From: Hydrolagus affinis
Taxonomy: Eukaryota
Reading direction: 5' to 3'
Length of the DNA: 62,041 nt
Assembly: GCA_012026655.1 (NCBI GenBank)
Contig: JAAILG010001776.1
Location: 1 to 62,041 of the forward strand
This document shows, in pieces, positions 1 through 37,049 of the stretch (the first letter of the stretch is position 1; each line of letters begins with the position of its first letter). Below the pieces are notes generated by a model. That model worked only from the letters and a program-made list of their open reading frames with translations, did no database searches and had not been told where the DNA came from. Both the position numbers and the translations under genes were made by a program.

Positions 1-374
1 TGGGGTGGGTGGGGAGAGAGACGGCCTGGGTGGGGGAAGAGAGACGGCTGTGGGGGGTGGGGAGAGAGGGACGGCGGCGGGGTGGGTGGGGGGGAGAGAC
101 GGGGTGGATGTGATAATATACAGATAGATAGAGATGGGGGGATGTGAGAGAGACACAGACAGAAAAACACAGAGATGGAGAGAGTGAGAGACACAGAGAG
201 AGAAAGATATTTACCTCCTGAGGAGATAGGCCCCGAATGCGCACGCATTCTGAATGTGCACGCCGCTCGCGCATGCGCAGTACGAAAAACCCAAAAATAT
301 CGATATTTCGGTATATCTCGATATGAGCCCGTCGATATATCTAAATCGGAAAATTTACATATCGACAGACCCTA
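1..374. mobile_element. Right end of a non-autonomous hAT-type MITE (same family as 39734-40083)
   Basis: Ends ATCGACAGACCCTA; subterminal CGATAT repeats and CCGAATGCGCACGC shared with the 39734 copy. Confidence 0.75.
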
Positions 375-697
375 ATATATACATACACACACACACAATA
401 AAAAGGGTTTAGGATATCCTGACTTACCCGACTCTTCACTGGATGAGCGATCAGAGGGAGACTTTGAATGAGACCGTTTCTTTTTCTTAGAATGGTGATA
501 ATCGTCTTCTTCGGTCTCAGAGCCCTACACAGATTATACATCAAACAATTATTAACTGAACCACAGCTGTACGAAATATGTCCTCAATGCCTGTACATTG
601 GAACACATTAGAAGTACATAAATGGGATCATTGCACCTCTGCATCAAATAGGATGATCAGAAGGTTTTTAATAAGCAGTTTAAATAGAAGTACTTAC

Positions 698-25505
<24,808 letters not shown>

Positions 25506-25509
25506 GTTC

Positions 25510-26060
25510 TTGTGGCTCGCGCTCGAGCTCCGCCTCGGGCTTTCCCCTCCGCGCGCGAGCGACCGACCGACTGAGCGACCGACCGGTCTCAGCCTCGGGC
25601 CCCTGCGCTGGCCCTCACCCTCACCGCCAGCAGCAGCAGCAGGATGATGATGATGATGAAGAAGAAGAAGAAGATCGCGCGCGCGACGCCACTGACTCCT
25701 CGCGGCCGGCCAAAGGGCAAAGGTTATCTACCAGCTTCCCCCCGCTCAACCTAACCTGAATTTGTGCTGACGGCAGGCAAGGCATTATTCCCGGGCCGTT
25801 CATTGGAGGGATTGAAATGATGGACGGGGAGGCGCTCGGCCAATCGGAAAGCTGCTCTCCATCTCCTCCGCCTTCTCCTTATGGAAGCGGTCCCCCCGAC
25901 GTCACAGAAGGCGGGACCGTTCGCGGGCAGCAGGTTAGGTTGTGAATGAAGTGGGAGTGAGAGGGAGAAGGAGGAGTGGGAGGGGAGCGGCGCATGCGCA
26001 GGTCGGCGGGTTGACGGTTGGCGGCCTGAGCTTCAACGGCTCCTGAGGCGCCGTGAGGTG
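25510..26060. promoter_or_regulatory. CpG-island bidirectional promoter / PRPF40A 5' leader
   Basis: CpG-dense; CCAAT 25840-25844, CRE-like GACGTCAC 25898-25905, NRF1-type GCGCATGCGCA 25990-26000; lies between divergent start codons. Confidence 0.8.
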
Positions 26061-26309
26061 TTTTATATTTTATATATATTACAATAGATATAGTTTGGTT
26101 TCCTTTCTGTCGCTGAATCTCAACGGTTGCTTTTTGCCTTCACTTGAAGGAGCAAAGGGGGTTTTTCCCCCCAAAAAACAATTATTATCTAACTAACTAA
26201 CTTAACTAACTCTAGGTGACCAAAAAAAACAAAACTTGTTCCGGGTACAGCAACAGCAGCAACAGCTCGACTGGAAGTTGTAATTTATGCTAATAATACA
26301 GTATAGTAT

Positions 26310-26435
26310 ATAATATTATTATTTCTCTTCTCTCCCTCTCTCTCCTGTGAAGTCATTGTAATAATAATAATATTATATATTTCTCTCTTCTCCCCCTCTC
26401 TCCTGTGAAGTCATTGTAATAATATTGATAATAAT
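26310..26435. repeat. Two-copy tandem repeat, ~58-nt unit (…CTCTCTCCTGTGAAGTCATTGTAATAAT)
   Basis: Direct repeat visible in the sequence. Confidence 0.85.
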
Positions 26436-26475
26436 AATAATCCTTAAGCCACTATTGATCCCCCCGCCTCCCCCC

Positions 26476-26575
26476 NNNNNNNNNNNNNNNNNNNNNNNNN
26501 NNNNNNNNNNNNNNNNNNNNNNNNNNNNNNNNNNNNNNNNNNNNNNNNNNNNNNNNNNNNNNNNNNNNNNNNNNN
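26476..26575. other. Assembly gap (100 N)
   Basis: Exactly 100 N flanked by C runs. Confidence 0.99.
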
Positions 26576-26750
26576 CCCCCACCTCGGAAAAGTGATCCAT
26601 CCGCCAATCAACCGACTAACGGCCAGTTGACTGCTAGAGTCAACAGGCGTGTGGAGGAGTGAAGGAAGGAAACTCGGCCAACGTTTTTGCCCTGCCTGCC
26701 TGCGAATCGAACCCAGGTCGCTCGCCCTCGAAACAAAATCTCAACACATA

Positions 26751-27105
26751 ATGCCCCGTTCGTTGAAGCGCCCCAAAGCCCGTCAGTTGTCTCCCGCCGT
26801 CATCTGGTCCCCGGCGCAAGGCGGCGATATGAGGGAGCGCGTGGAGGTGACCCGCCAACTGGAGGAAGAGTTGATGGAAGTGGACGAGCCTGGCGTCGAC
26901 TACGTGCGGGAGGAAGGCGCCGGGAATGACGGGGACGAGCACGACAGCTACGCGATGGGCCAAGGAAGGATTCTCCAAGTGTCGCACAAGCACGGTTACT
27001 CTCAGACCAAAAAGTGGCCCGCTCGAATCTGTTCGATGTTTTGTTGCTTCGTTATGATCTGCTTCATCTCTTTCCTTCTGGCCATCGTGTATATAATCTT
27101 GAAAG
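26751..27105 (+). CDS. ARL6IP6: ARL6IP6 exon 1 (ADP-ribosylation factor-like 6 interacting protein 6)
   Basis: First ATG of the 26649 ORF; ends in hydrophobic helix WPARICSMFCCFVMICFISFLLAIVYIILK (human WPVQVLS...FLLAIAYLIVK); donor AAG|GTATT. Start codon choice less certain than the 3' end. Confidence 0.88.
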
Positions 27106-27364
27106 GTATTGCACGATCCGTTTTTACAATCAGCAATTAACAATCCTTGCATTTGCTGCAGCGCCTTGTCACGGGGTTGAGACGTTTCAAAGCGCTTCGT
27201 AGAATGTATTGTAAAGTGAATTGACTATAATTTGTTAGTGAAATGTTTCGTTCAATTAGCATTGTTCCATGTAAACTGAATTCAAACTTGCTGTTTCATG
27301 TAAACGTTTCAGTTGGCGAAACTTTAAAAGTCAATTTTTTTTAAACATAAGTTGTTGCTTGCAG

Positions 27365-27418
27365 ATTTACATGCTGATAATGAAAACCGAGAGGATGGTG
27401 TCAAGATGGGTATATTAA
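27365..27418 (+). CDS. ARL6IP6: ARL6IP6 exon 2
   Basis: 54 nt, (D)LHADNENREDGVKMGIL vs human ELHAENLKNEDDVDTGLL; TTGCAG / GTAAGT. Confidence 0.92.
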   Translation: MYMLIMKTERMVSRWVY

Positions 27419-27524
27419 GTAAGTGTCACTTTGAAAACAACACCTTTCAGTTATATTTAATATCTATTCACAAGGACATTTAGTTCAGACATTCTTGAGA
27501 ACTGACCGATTATTATCATTCTAG

Positions 27525-27657
27525 GTTTTGGCAGTTCATTGGTTTTCGCATTGATAGCTGGCCTGTCATGTTGCAGTTTCTCGTGGACAATGACCTATTT
27601 TGATTCATTTGAACCTGGAATGTTTCCACCAACACCCCTTTCACCTGCTCGTTTCAG
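27525..27657 (+). CDS. ARL6IP6: ARL6IP6 exon 3
   Basis: 133 nt, [33 protein letters not shown], the family signature. Confidence 0.96.
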
Positions 27658-27801
27658 GTAAATGAAGCTCAAAATACCTGGGTTAGTGAAACATTTCTAT
27701 TAATATTGCACTGCCGATTGGGAGGGAAAAAAACACAGTAATGTTTTGAACTGATGTTGTACATCTGGTTAGTTAATGAATATGATATGATTAGTATTGT
27801 A

Positions 27802-28212
27802 CAGTAAAACCATTGCTATCCGGCACCTTAGGGATCTGCCTGGTGCCAATTAATCAAATATGCCGGATATTCGAGTGGCAAGTTGCCGAAAATCCAACAA
27901 AAAAAATTAGCTTATTTAATACATACCATATTAATAATAGACTAAATAATAACACAATATTGTATGGATACTTACCAATTAAGCATTCCAGCACACTTGG
28001 TAAAATGATCGGTAAAAAAGCATTCCAACATTTGGTAGGTTTAATAAGTGCCCATGCGCACGCATTGTATGCATATGCAAAGTGAGCAAACCACGAGTGT
28101 CCTGGATGGGTACAGAATGAGATCCGGTTGCTGGAATAGTGAATTGTATTGGGAGACACCGGTTGGTTGAGTATGCCATTTGGTTGGGTACCGGATAAAC
28201 AAGATTTTACTG
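27802..28212. mobile_element. Tigger-like MITE, family A (reverse orientation)
   Basis: TA|CAGTAAAACC...GGATAAACAAGATTTTACTG|TA; interior is the reverse complement of the 11975/20477 copies. Confidence 0.82.
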
Positions 28213-28292
28213 TATGTATTATGCACATTATAAAGCACCTTATGTATTATGTTCTCAAAGCACTTCATAATCAAATCATTTTCAACAATATA

Positions 28293-29011
28293 CAGTAGAA
28301 GCCCGTTTATCCGTGACTCAATGAACCGGCACTTCTGTATAATCGGCACGCCAAAAAAAAGTTCCCATTCATTGAACCGGAACAATAGCGGTGGAGCATT
28401 TGTAAATACATAAATAATAATATAATAACAGAATATTGTATCGGTACTTATTGTTAAAACTACTCTTGTGCTTCTCACCTTTGCTGGTAGATGCTGCGCT
28501 TGAATCCATGATGCTGCGGTTGAGGTCTACAGTCCAGCGATTCTTTTTAAAATGGTGGACACCAAGCGGGTGAAAAAAACGGGAGCGCGACTTTAAAGAC
28601 ATACTAGCGGCAAGCCAATAACGCTAGCCGATAACCCGCATTTCGCGCAGATGCAGTATTTTGGTTTGCCGCTAGTAGAGTTTAGGGCTTCGGCTTGCTG
28701 CTATTAAAGTCGCGCGACTTTAAAATCGCGCTGCCGTTTTTTTCACCCGCTTGGTGTCCTCCATTTAAAAAAAAGAATCGCTGGACTGTAAACCTCAACC
28801 AGTAAAGGTGTGAAGCGTAAGAGAGTAGTTTTAACAATAAGTACCAATACAATATTCTGTTATCTGTTTAGTCTGGTGTGTATGGTGTGTGTTAAAAGAA
28901 CTTTAATTTTTTTGTGGTGGGTTTACGGCCGCAGGCCACCCGAATATCTGGCAGGCGCTTTAACTGGCATTGGCCAGGTCCCGCGGGTGCCAGATAAATG
29001 GGCTTTTACTG
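28293..29011. mobile_element. Tigger-like MITE, family A, long form with internal palindrome
   Basis: TA|CAGTAGAAGCCCGTTTATCC...GATAAATGGGCTTTTACTG|TA; internal inverted repeat ~28425-28863. Confidence 0.85.
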
Positions 29012-29970
29012 TAGTTATAAGTTCAACAGTTATATTGTTCATAACCAATATGGTTAGTAGATCTAAAACAGGGTTAGGATGAACTACTCAGGGTTGTGAG
29101 AATGTGGAATTGGAAGCTAGCTGACATGAAAAGTGTCAATATGCTGAAGAGGAAATTTGATGTATATATGAAAATGAATCGAATAGACAGAGAATCAGGA
29201 AAGATGCAGGCACCATGCTATATTTCTCCTTTGTAATTCTACAACCACAATAAAATTACATTTGTAAAGTGCCTTTCATGTCGGGAGGATGTCCCAAGGC
29301 ACTGAACAGTCGAGGATCAGGACCCAAGCATGGGAACAGTGTGTGGATGAGGGACAGCAGAGAGGGTAGGAGGGTGGCGGATGGCTTTATATGTACAGAT
29401 CTGAATGAATGGATACCATATATGTATACATAAGTGCGAGCTTCACCATCAAGACCTTGGTAATTCTCTGGTCCATTTTCGAGTGGAGACTGAAATTGAA
29501 TCACATTTCTTGTACTTTATACTTTAATTATCACATATCTCAGAGAAGATCATATTGTTTTGTGTTTTTGATATTGAACCAGTGAGTTTTGTGTTAATTC
29601 AGTCCAAAAAGTGTAGCAGAAGTGAATTGTTAGAACGATAAAAATTGTTTCTACATCGTCATCGGAGAGCAAAAAGTTTTAACTGGGGAAAAACACTGGC
29701 ATGGTTACACTACATTAGGTTTAATTAATGTGCCCGTTTTCCTGATATGTTCAGTGTTGTTTCATATTAGAAATCCATGTTATAGAAGTGGCTATTTTCT
29801 TTTGTAACTTTAATACGTAGAATCTTGTTTATCGCTGAAATAAGTTATGGTTGGTGTATCTAGTGTCATTTGTATTTATGCTATATTCTCAGCTCTTTGT
29901 TATGCCCTCCCCAATAGTGAATAGAAGGACACTAATGAACCAGTCCATCTGAAGGCAGTCTAGTTTACAA

Positions 29971-30253
29971 AGTCCTGTAGCTCAGTGGTTAGAGCACTCA
30001 CCTTGCTAGACAGACCTGGGTTCGATTCCAAGCAGGGTGAAACTTTGGGCAAGTTTCCCTACTCCACATGCCTGATAATAATCCCTCAAAAAAAAATTGG
30101 TCATTTCAATCCACGACTGTTTGTGGGACACTGCCATGTGCAAGGCTGCCAAAATGGACAATCAATTCACTTTACAGTATATTCTGTGAAACGCTTTGAG
30201 ATGACTAGAAGACATGAAAAATGCTATATCAAATGCAAGGATTATTATTATTA
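29971..30253 (+). mobile_element. tRNA-derived DeuSINE-like SINE
   Basis: A box TAGCTCAGTGG, B box GGTTCGATTCC, tail GCTATATCAAATGCAAGG(ATT)n. Confidence 0.9.
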
Positions 30254-31364
30254 TATGTTTATATATGGCTTAAGTATTGTTCTCAGGCACTTCAGCTATA
30301 CAGTTGAGCTGAGCGATGTTGGAAAGAGACATTTTCTCCACCAGATGGCACGATTGAGATTGAGGAAACATCTGAGAGAAGTATAGTACATGATGTACAA
30401 CAGTCAGTGTCAGTTTTCCATCCCATAAGCACATGATAAATGATTTCATAATACACAATTGTCACAAACAACAAAATCGTTACATTTACACAGTGTTTTC
30501 ATATCGGGGTGACGTCTCACAGCTTCACACAACTGATCACGAGCCCAAGCTGGAGGATGGGGGTAAACTGAGATGTGAGAGAGAGGGTGATCGAAAATGC
30601 AGTCAAAATGGCGATATTTTCTGTGTGAGGAGTCATAAATACGAGCATTATGTTACTTTAATGTTTGGGTGATTCACTAGCTTGACAGTTTCATCAACGG
30701 GGTTAAGTATTAAACTTTCAGACCATTTGGCTACTTCTGCACAGTTTGTGACCTTTTGTCTCTTCATTCATTCTTATGTTGTATGGGTAGTTTGTTGTCT
30801 GCTTGTATGCAAACTCTGAATAATTGTGACCTGACCCAGTGAGTTTGTTCAGCAGCTTGGTTCCCTTGGTTATGCACTACTTCGCATTTAATAATTTTTT
30901 CTAAAGACTTACTGCCACTGGTGAAAATTTGGAATCCATGGAATATAAATTGAAGCCTTTGGGCTGTTCTGGAGATCATGTGGAGTGTCTGTGGTCTGCT
31001 AATGGGAAGTTAATAGAGCAACGACAGAGCAAACGAGTGCAAGGTCATTAGATTGTTAGGATAAACTGCAAAAAAAAAGTTTTTTTAAAAAAATCCTTGT
31101 ATTTGAAATACAGTTCCACCCTATCTTTAAGACATCTCATAAAGCGCTTCACAGAAAATACTGTAAATTGAATTGAGTGTATATTTTTGTGGGTGAAACA
31201 AAAGGATGCTACAGAGGTAGCTTATGTGGATTGAAGTCGCCAGTAAAGATTTGTAGCTACCTGATATCCTGGGACTCGCCTCAGAACTGAACAGGATACT
31301 TGTGAACTGGCCAACTATCCTCCAGATAAATTGATCAATCACATCCAGACAGTTATTGGGACAT

Positions 31365-31470
31365 TGCGAAAACAACAGAAATCGCTGGGAACACTCAGCA
31401 GGTCAGGCAACATCTATGGAGAAAGGAAAGTGAGTCAACGTTTCGGGTCCACGATCCTCCGTCAGAACTG
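31365..31470 (-). mobile_element. Penelope-like element end with hammerhead ribozyme motif
   Basis: Minus strand CAGTT-CTGACGGA-GGATC-GTG-GACCC-GAAACGTT-GACTC, then the same tail as the other copies. Confidence 0.72.
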
Positions 31471-33884
31471 GGCCATTGCCATTGTGAACAATGCCTGCTG
31501 TGTTCACTTACAAATACAGTTATTACAGTTTAATAATATTTACCGTTGTGTTTTGAGATATTGTGAAGTAATAAGGTGGGGTATCAAATGGAACAACTAT
31601 TATTATTGTCCAGTGCAGCAACTGTTTTTTTGGAGGTGATAACATTTTTGCAGGATGATTTCAGTTCGTCACTTGGGCATAACAGAATAGATCAAGTGTT
31701 TAAACTGCCTTTGCTGTTTCGTTTTCATCTTGGCTGCAGCAGAAAGTCGAGCCTTGGCGAACAGATGTTCGCCTAGCAACAATGCTGCAGGTGACCCAAA
31801 CTACCCAATTATAGTGATTTCTACAGGCACAGCATGACAATAATGATAGAACATTTGCCTTTTGAAAGGCGACTTAATGTTTTTTTTCTCGGCTGGAGCT
31901 GATTCCATAATGCAATTGCCACTTTGTCCCTTGTGTGCAATTAAGTTGGGTTGGATATTCCTTTCACCTGCACTTCAAGCTACCGAAGGCTTACCAATCG
32001 TACTGATACTTCTGAAGCAGAAGACTAATGTTAACCAATTAATGCGGTCATGGCAACAACAGCAAATTTTTATTTCTCTCCACTGCTTTGAGAATGTGTC
32101 CCCAACCTGTGTCACTCCATGTGGTTCATCCCATCAGCACATATAAAAATGTTACTTTTAATTTTATTTCCGACCGAAAACAAAATTACATTTAGTTATG
32201 CTTGCATTCATGTTGAGTGTGATATTTGTCCTCCGGAACCTAACACAAATTTCCACTGCTTGTGCATTATTTGGATCATTTCTCCCTGTAGGATAAATAT
32301 ATACAACAAGTCTGTACCGTTCTTCTATTTTAAAGAAGCTATTTAGTCCAAACTAAAATGTACATAGGTATTGTATGCTGGTAAGTATGTTTTGTTTTAA
32401 ATCACAGCTAGTCCTCAACCCTAAACTAAGCCTAAACCTGGGCCTTACAAACTTTGACGATGTAGATCGTCAGTGCCCTGCATTCATACCACTAATTCAA
32501 TGTAGGAATCTTTGAAGTTACCTGGAAAATGACATGTGTCCCAGAAGAATGAATCATTGTAAATCTTCCCTCTGCCTTTAGCCCAGATTTCCTTGCTTAC
32601 AATATTTTTATTCATCCCAATATTTGGATATCCCCAAATATGCCTTGTCTGTTATGTTTCCAGTTGCTATGCAGTCCGCTAGATAGGTGCCTGTGCATAT
32701 TTATTTTTGCTTTGTCAGCCTGATTGCATATCAGCTTTGGTGGTTGTGGTTGCATTAATTTGTGCTCCATGTGGCTGGCTACTTCTGCTTCGGTTGGTGT
32801 GCATGCATGCCACACTTTGTTAGTGCAGTCATACGCGTGTGCTGGAGTGTTGCAGGACTCCACAGCAAGGGCTATACTATTATTAATAATTGATGTGCAT
32901 GCTGCCATAGTCTGGAAAAATTAGCTGCCATAAAGTGGTTTTGGGGCTTCTGTTTATTCCAATCCTAGAACCGCAATTAATCAGCTAGTCTGAGAAGAGC
33001 TTTCTCGGGTTAATGGAAAAAGTCGTAATCAAATCATGTCAATAAAACCTATTGCAATGATCCATTTTTCCTCATTAGGAGATTTTTTTTTCCCAGTGAG
33101 TCATTCTGTGTGCAGTGTAACAAAGAATCTTGGTGCTTGAAGTAATAAAGCCACAATCTGTCAAAATTCAGACTGTTTACAAATCTGATTCTGCTGAAAA
33201 TGCTAGGTACTGACTCAAAATTTGGCAATGTATATCTGAATTGTTCAACAGTTATAAGCTGTAAATGTTAATAATGGTATGGCATTTGAATTAACTACAT
33301 TTGAAACCCAGAATACATTAATTTTAAAAAGGCTAATACTAGAATACGAAGAAATCAAACCGTTTTCAACTTTCCAAATACGGGAGAAACTAGCATTGTA
33401 AAAAAAAAATCAGGATTCATGTTAGATTAAAATAAATAATAAAAATACACGCATGTGCCGATTAGAAGGGCACAACCATTATTTTCACTGATCCTGGTAC
33501 GTATTATCTTTTCCATTACAGTATTCATTTTAAATTGTGTAATGGCCAGTTCTATGCCAGCAGGTGGCACATTTTCATTCAGTACAGATTATTCTGAATC
33601 TGGGAAATGTTTAACTTCTATAAAAGTGTTATCTTAAATACAATCTTCTCCTTTTATAGCTGTACAAATAGCTGCAGAACAGTAGCTAAATAGCTGGCAA
33701 TCCAGACAGCAGTGTCCAAGTGCTGTCCTTTAAATAGTTCTGTCGCGCTTATTACAGCTGTTGAATTCTCATTTTAGATACTTCTAAATAGATTGCTTTC
33801 CAAAGTTAGCTCTCAACATTTTTATAAATATATATAAATATATTTGCAGAACGTATTATCCTAGGGGGTTAATTGCACAGGTGA

Positions 33885-34258
33885 TTTGCACACAACAATG
33901 GCCCATAAACAGCCATGGAGTGGGTGACTAATTTTGTTTGTGGGGATTGTTAACTAGGACATTGAGAGAAACTCCTCTTTTCAAATAGCACCATAGAATC
34001 TTTTAATATCCATCTGAACAGGCAGCCTCAGACTTGAAACTTGGGACGTCCTCCCAACGTGAAAGGTGCTCTACAAATGTAATTATTTTGTTGGTTTAAG
34101 GTCCCATCCAAAGGATGGCACCTCCAACAATGCAACACATACCCAGCACTGCATTGGAGTGTCAGATTAGGTTACTTGATTCTGAGTCCTGACCTGGGAC
34201 TTGAACTCACAACGTTCTGACTCTGAGGTGAGTGTGCTGCCACTGAGCCAGGCTGCCA
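33885..34258 (-). mobile_element. Old SacSINE1-like DeuSINE interrupted by an L2-tail fragment (~34035-34090)
   Basis: Reverse-complement similarity to the 17030 copy; insert CTTGGGACGTCCTCCCAACGTGAAAGG. Confidence 0.7.
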
Positions 34259-36529
34259 CACACACACGGCTAATCTAGTTTCTGTGAAACTGCTGCATTT
34301 CAGAAAGCAATCATGAAATGAGGTTGAAATATGGGAATTTCGATGAACCTGAGATCATTGCTTATCCAACATATGCAGAACTGCCTGAGACAATGGAACT
34401 GTTTTCTTCTATGATAGAAGTTTAAACACAGAGTTTACCAATAATGGATGTTCCAGGGTTGTTGAAGCATGCATTCGGCCTCGGGAAATATCTTTGCCTA
34501 TTGGCAATTATACAAATTCTCTAGGTCATCCTGTGCTTCTGGCAACTGCCAGGGTCAGTCTTGTCGGACATCTGTGTTTGTTCTAGTTGCTGTGGCTGTG
34601 TGCTGTGTCATGCAACCTTATATTGTAAAAAAAAAGTGAATGTTCTCAGATTACTTTTTTTATTGCTTTGTTGGAATTGTACTTCCATACTGTGATGTAG
34701 TAAAATAACAACATTTCAATTGCGGTCAGACTGATTTCTATGGACTGACTTTCTTTTCTATCAGTGGAATAAACTCAATGCCAAATAAGTACTTATTCTG
34801 AAGAAAGTGCTCGTTTACACAAATGCTCCAAAGGCTCCCAAAAAATCAATTTGTTGGCTATATTGACTGATAACCTTAATTATTTGTGAATGGCTGAGCT
34901 GATGTTTGGAGATAAGTGGTCAGCAATGAAATGTGCATCAATTACGGGTAGTATTGCTTTTTTAAGAATCATAGTTTTATTTCAAGATTGTGCTTGTTTG
35001 AAAATACATTTCCAATTCTGTAGCAGTCCATGATGTTCCATCATGTTCTAATCGCTGATAATAGTTTGGGTGGCTCTGGCCTCATCCTTGGCCCTCGTTC
35101 CCTCAGTTCCATCATCAGCAGTCGTGCTTTCAGCCACTATTCCTGAAGTTTGGAATTCTTTCCCCAATCCCTCCACCTTGCCCCCCCCCTTCCCCTCTTT
35201 TTAGATCACGACTGAAGAACTTTCTCTTTAAGCATGCTTACGGTTACCTCCCTCCTTCCAGATTGGCATCAGACAGCGCGCTAATGTTAAGCGCTGTGAG
35301 ACGCTGCCCTGCATGAAGGGCAAATTATAAATGCAAGTTATTATAGTCTCATGTTTCAGTTCATATGAAATGGAAATGCAATATAAATTAGATCAAATTG
35401 TAGATTGTTTTTGCCTGTTTTCCTTCATCAACTGTTCAAACTGTCAGCAATTCTATGTTTCCTGAAGGATTAAACACTAGATTTGTGCAACAAACAATTT
35501 CTATGCTTACCGATCAGGAGCTTTGTTGAACATGCAATTATATTATGCTTTACTTAGTGCAATCCTCAGAAAGTTACCAGACTAAGATATTGTGACATTC
35601 TCTCGGCACAGTTGCTGATATGTTGGATCGCATTGAAATTAGAATGATGTTGAAAATTGTCTGAACCATCTGTGTTCATTGTTTTTGTTCAGGCATTTTC
35701 TTTGACGTAAATTGAAAGGCTGAAGAAATGTAAACCGCCCATAATCTAATTTATTGTGCAAGTCTGCTATTTTATGAAACAAACATTTCAGGGTATTCTG
35801 AAGAATTTAGGTCCATAATTTCCCAAATGATCAATAGCTAAGTTGAATAATTTGTAATTCTTTCGATAGTGTGCCACTTCTGACTAAGAGACCAGTCTTT
35901 GAATTACAGTCACCCTTCACTGCCTTGGGACGTCCTCCCAACGTGAGTGGCCGCGAAAATGCAAATAGGAAGCTTCTTAAATTCACTGGTGAAATATGTT
36001 GTGGATGTGGAAAATCAGTAGGGATTGTGTTTCAAAAATAAAGTGAATTATGCTTTTGAACTCTTAAGAGCAGTCACACAGGAGTTGATTATTGGCAAGC
36101 ACAGTACATCTGCTTTTTAGTTGGGTGAAATGTCTTGAGGTATAGAAGAATCTGTTCAATGAGGATTATTCTTTTAAATTGAAAATGTTCTTAACATTTG
36201 TTAGACAGATGAGGGGATTAAGTACCAAGTTGATATCACACATATTCCTAAGAGTTTGAGAATGCTGATGCACATGCTGGTGGCTTTGCCTGGAGAACAC
36301 AGCAGTTGTTTGGCAGAAGTCAAAGCATTAGGGATTCCTCCCTCACATATCTATATATATTTATTTAGTTTTATCCCTGCTAGTGGCAGGCACCCCATCG
36401 CTCAAAAGAACATGGTTTGGATGCCTAAATTGACCATGTTACCTAATTTATTTGTTTCATGATCCATTTTTTTTTGTAAAGCACTAATTAAATGTTTGTG
36501 GGTGTTTCATAGACCAACTACTGCTTGTA

Positions 36530-36870
36530 CTTACTTAGCGCCCTCCCATGCCGGGTAGCGTATCAGGGCGCTTAACATTGACGGAACCTGACTCCGAGCC
36601 GGGGGTGGGTAGGAGTCGGGGGAAGGTGGCTGTAAGTACGGTCGAAGAGGAAGGTTTTCAGCCAGGACTTGAAATTGGCTGTTCCAAACACTGGGTGCTT
36701 GGGGGCGCAGTGGCTGAAACTGTGATCTCTGATGGTGGGGTGTGAGAGATGTGCTAGTCAAGTGTAGGCTCCGGGCGGTGGATTGGGAAGTGAGTGAGGA
36801 GGACGGAAAGCTAGGGAGGTGCCAGGGAGTCAGTGGATTTGAACACAAGCGTGAGGATCGTGGAAATTGA
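36530..36870 (-). mobile_element. L2 LINE 3' fragment
   Basis: Minus-strand remnant of an L2-type ORF2 end (APSVWNS) and tail AGCGCCCTGATACGC...GGGAGGGCGCT. Confidence 0.7.
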
Positions 36871-36955
36871 TCCAAGTATCTATTGAGTATCTGTTTATAC
36901 CATTGAATGCATACAGCTGGTTAAATACTTACAAGTTTCCATTTTCTGTTCACAG

Positions 36956-37049
36956 GAAATTAACAGGGCATTCGTTCCACATGGGTTACAACATGGCAAT
37001 TTTAAATGGTATCACAACAGCTCTGGCTGTGATTTGGTGGCTCACATGA
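36956..37049 (+). CDS. ARL6IP6: ARL6IP6 exon 4 (terminal coding exon, TGA stop)
   Basis: 94 nt, KLTGHSFHMGYNMAILNGITTALAVIWWLT*. Confidence 0.96.

Noticed and set aside
26640-27152. 170-aa minus-strand ORF
   Set aside because: Antisense shadow of GC-rich ARL6IP6 exon 1
29971-30045. tRNA-like sequences at SINE heads (also 50903, 56943, 58587)
   Set aside because: Each continues into SINE body and tail; no complete cloverleaf or terminator, so not tRNA genes
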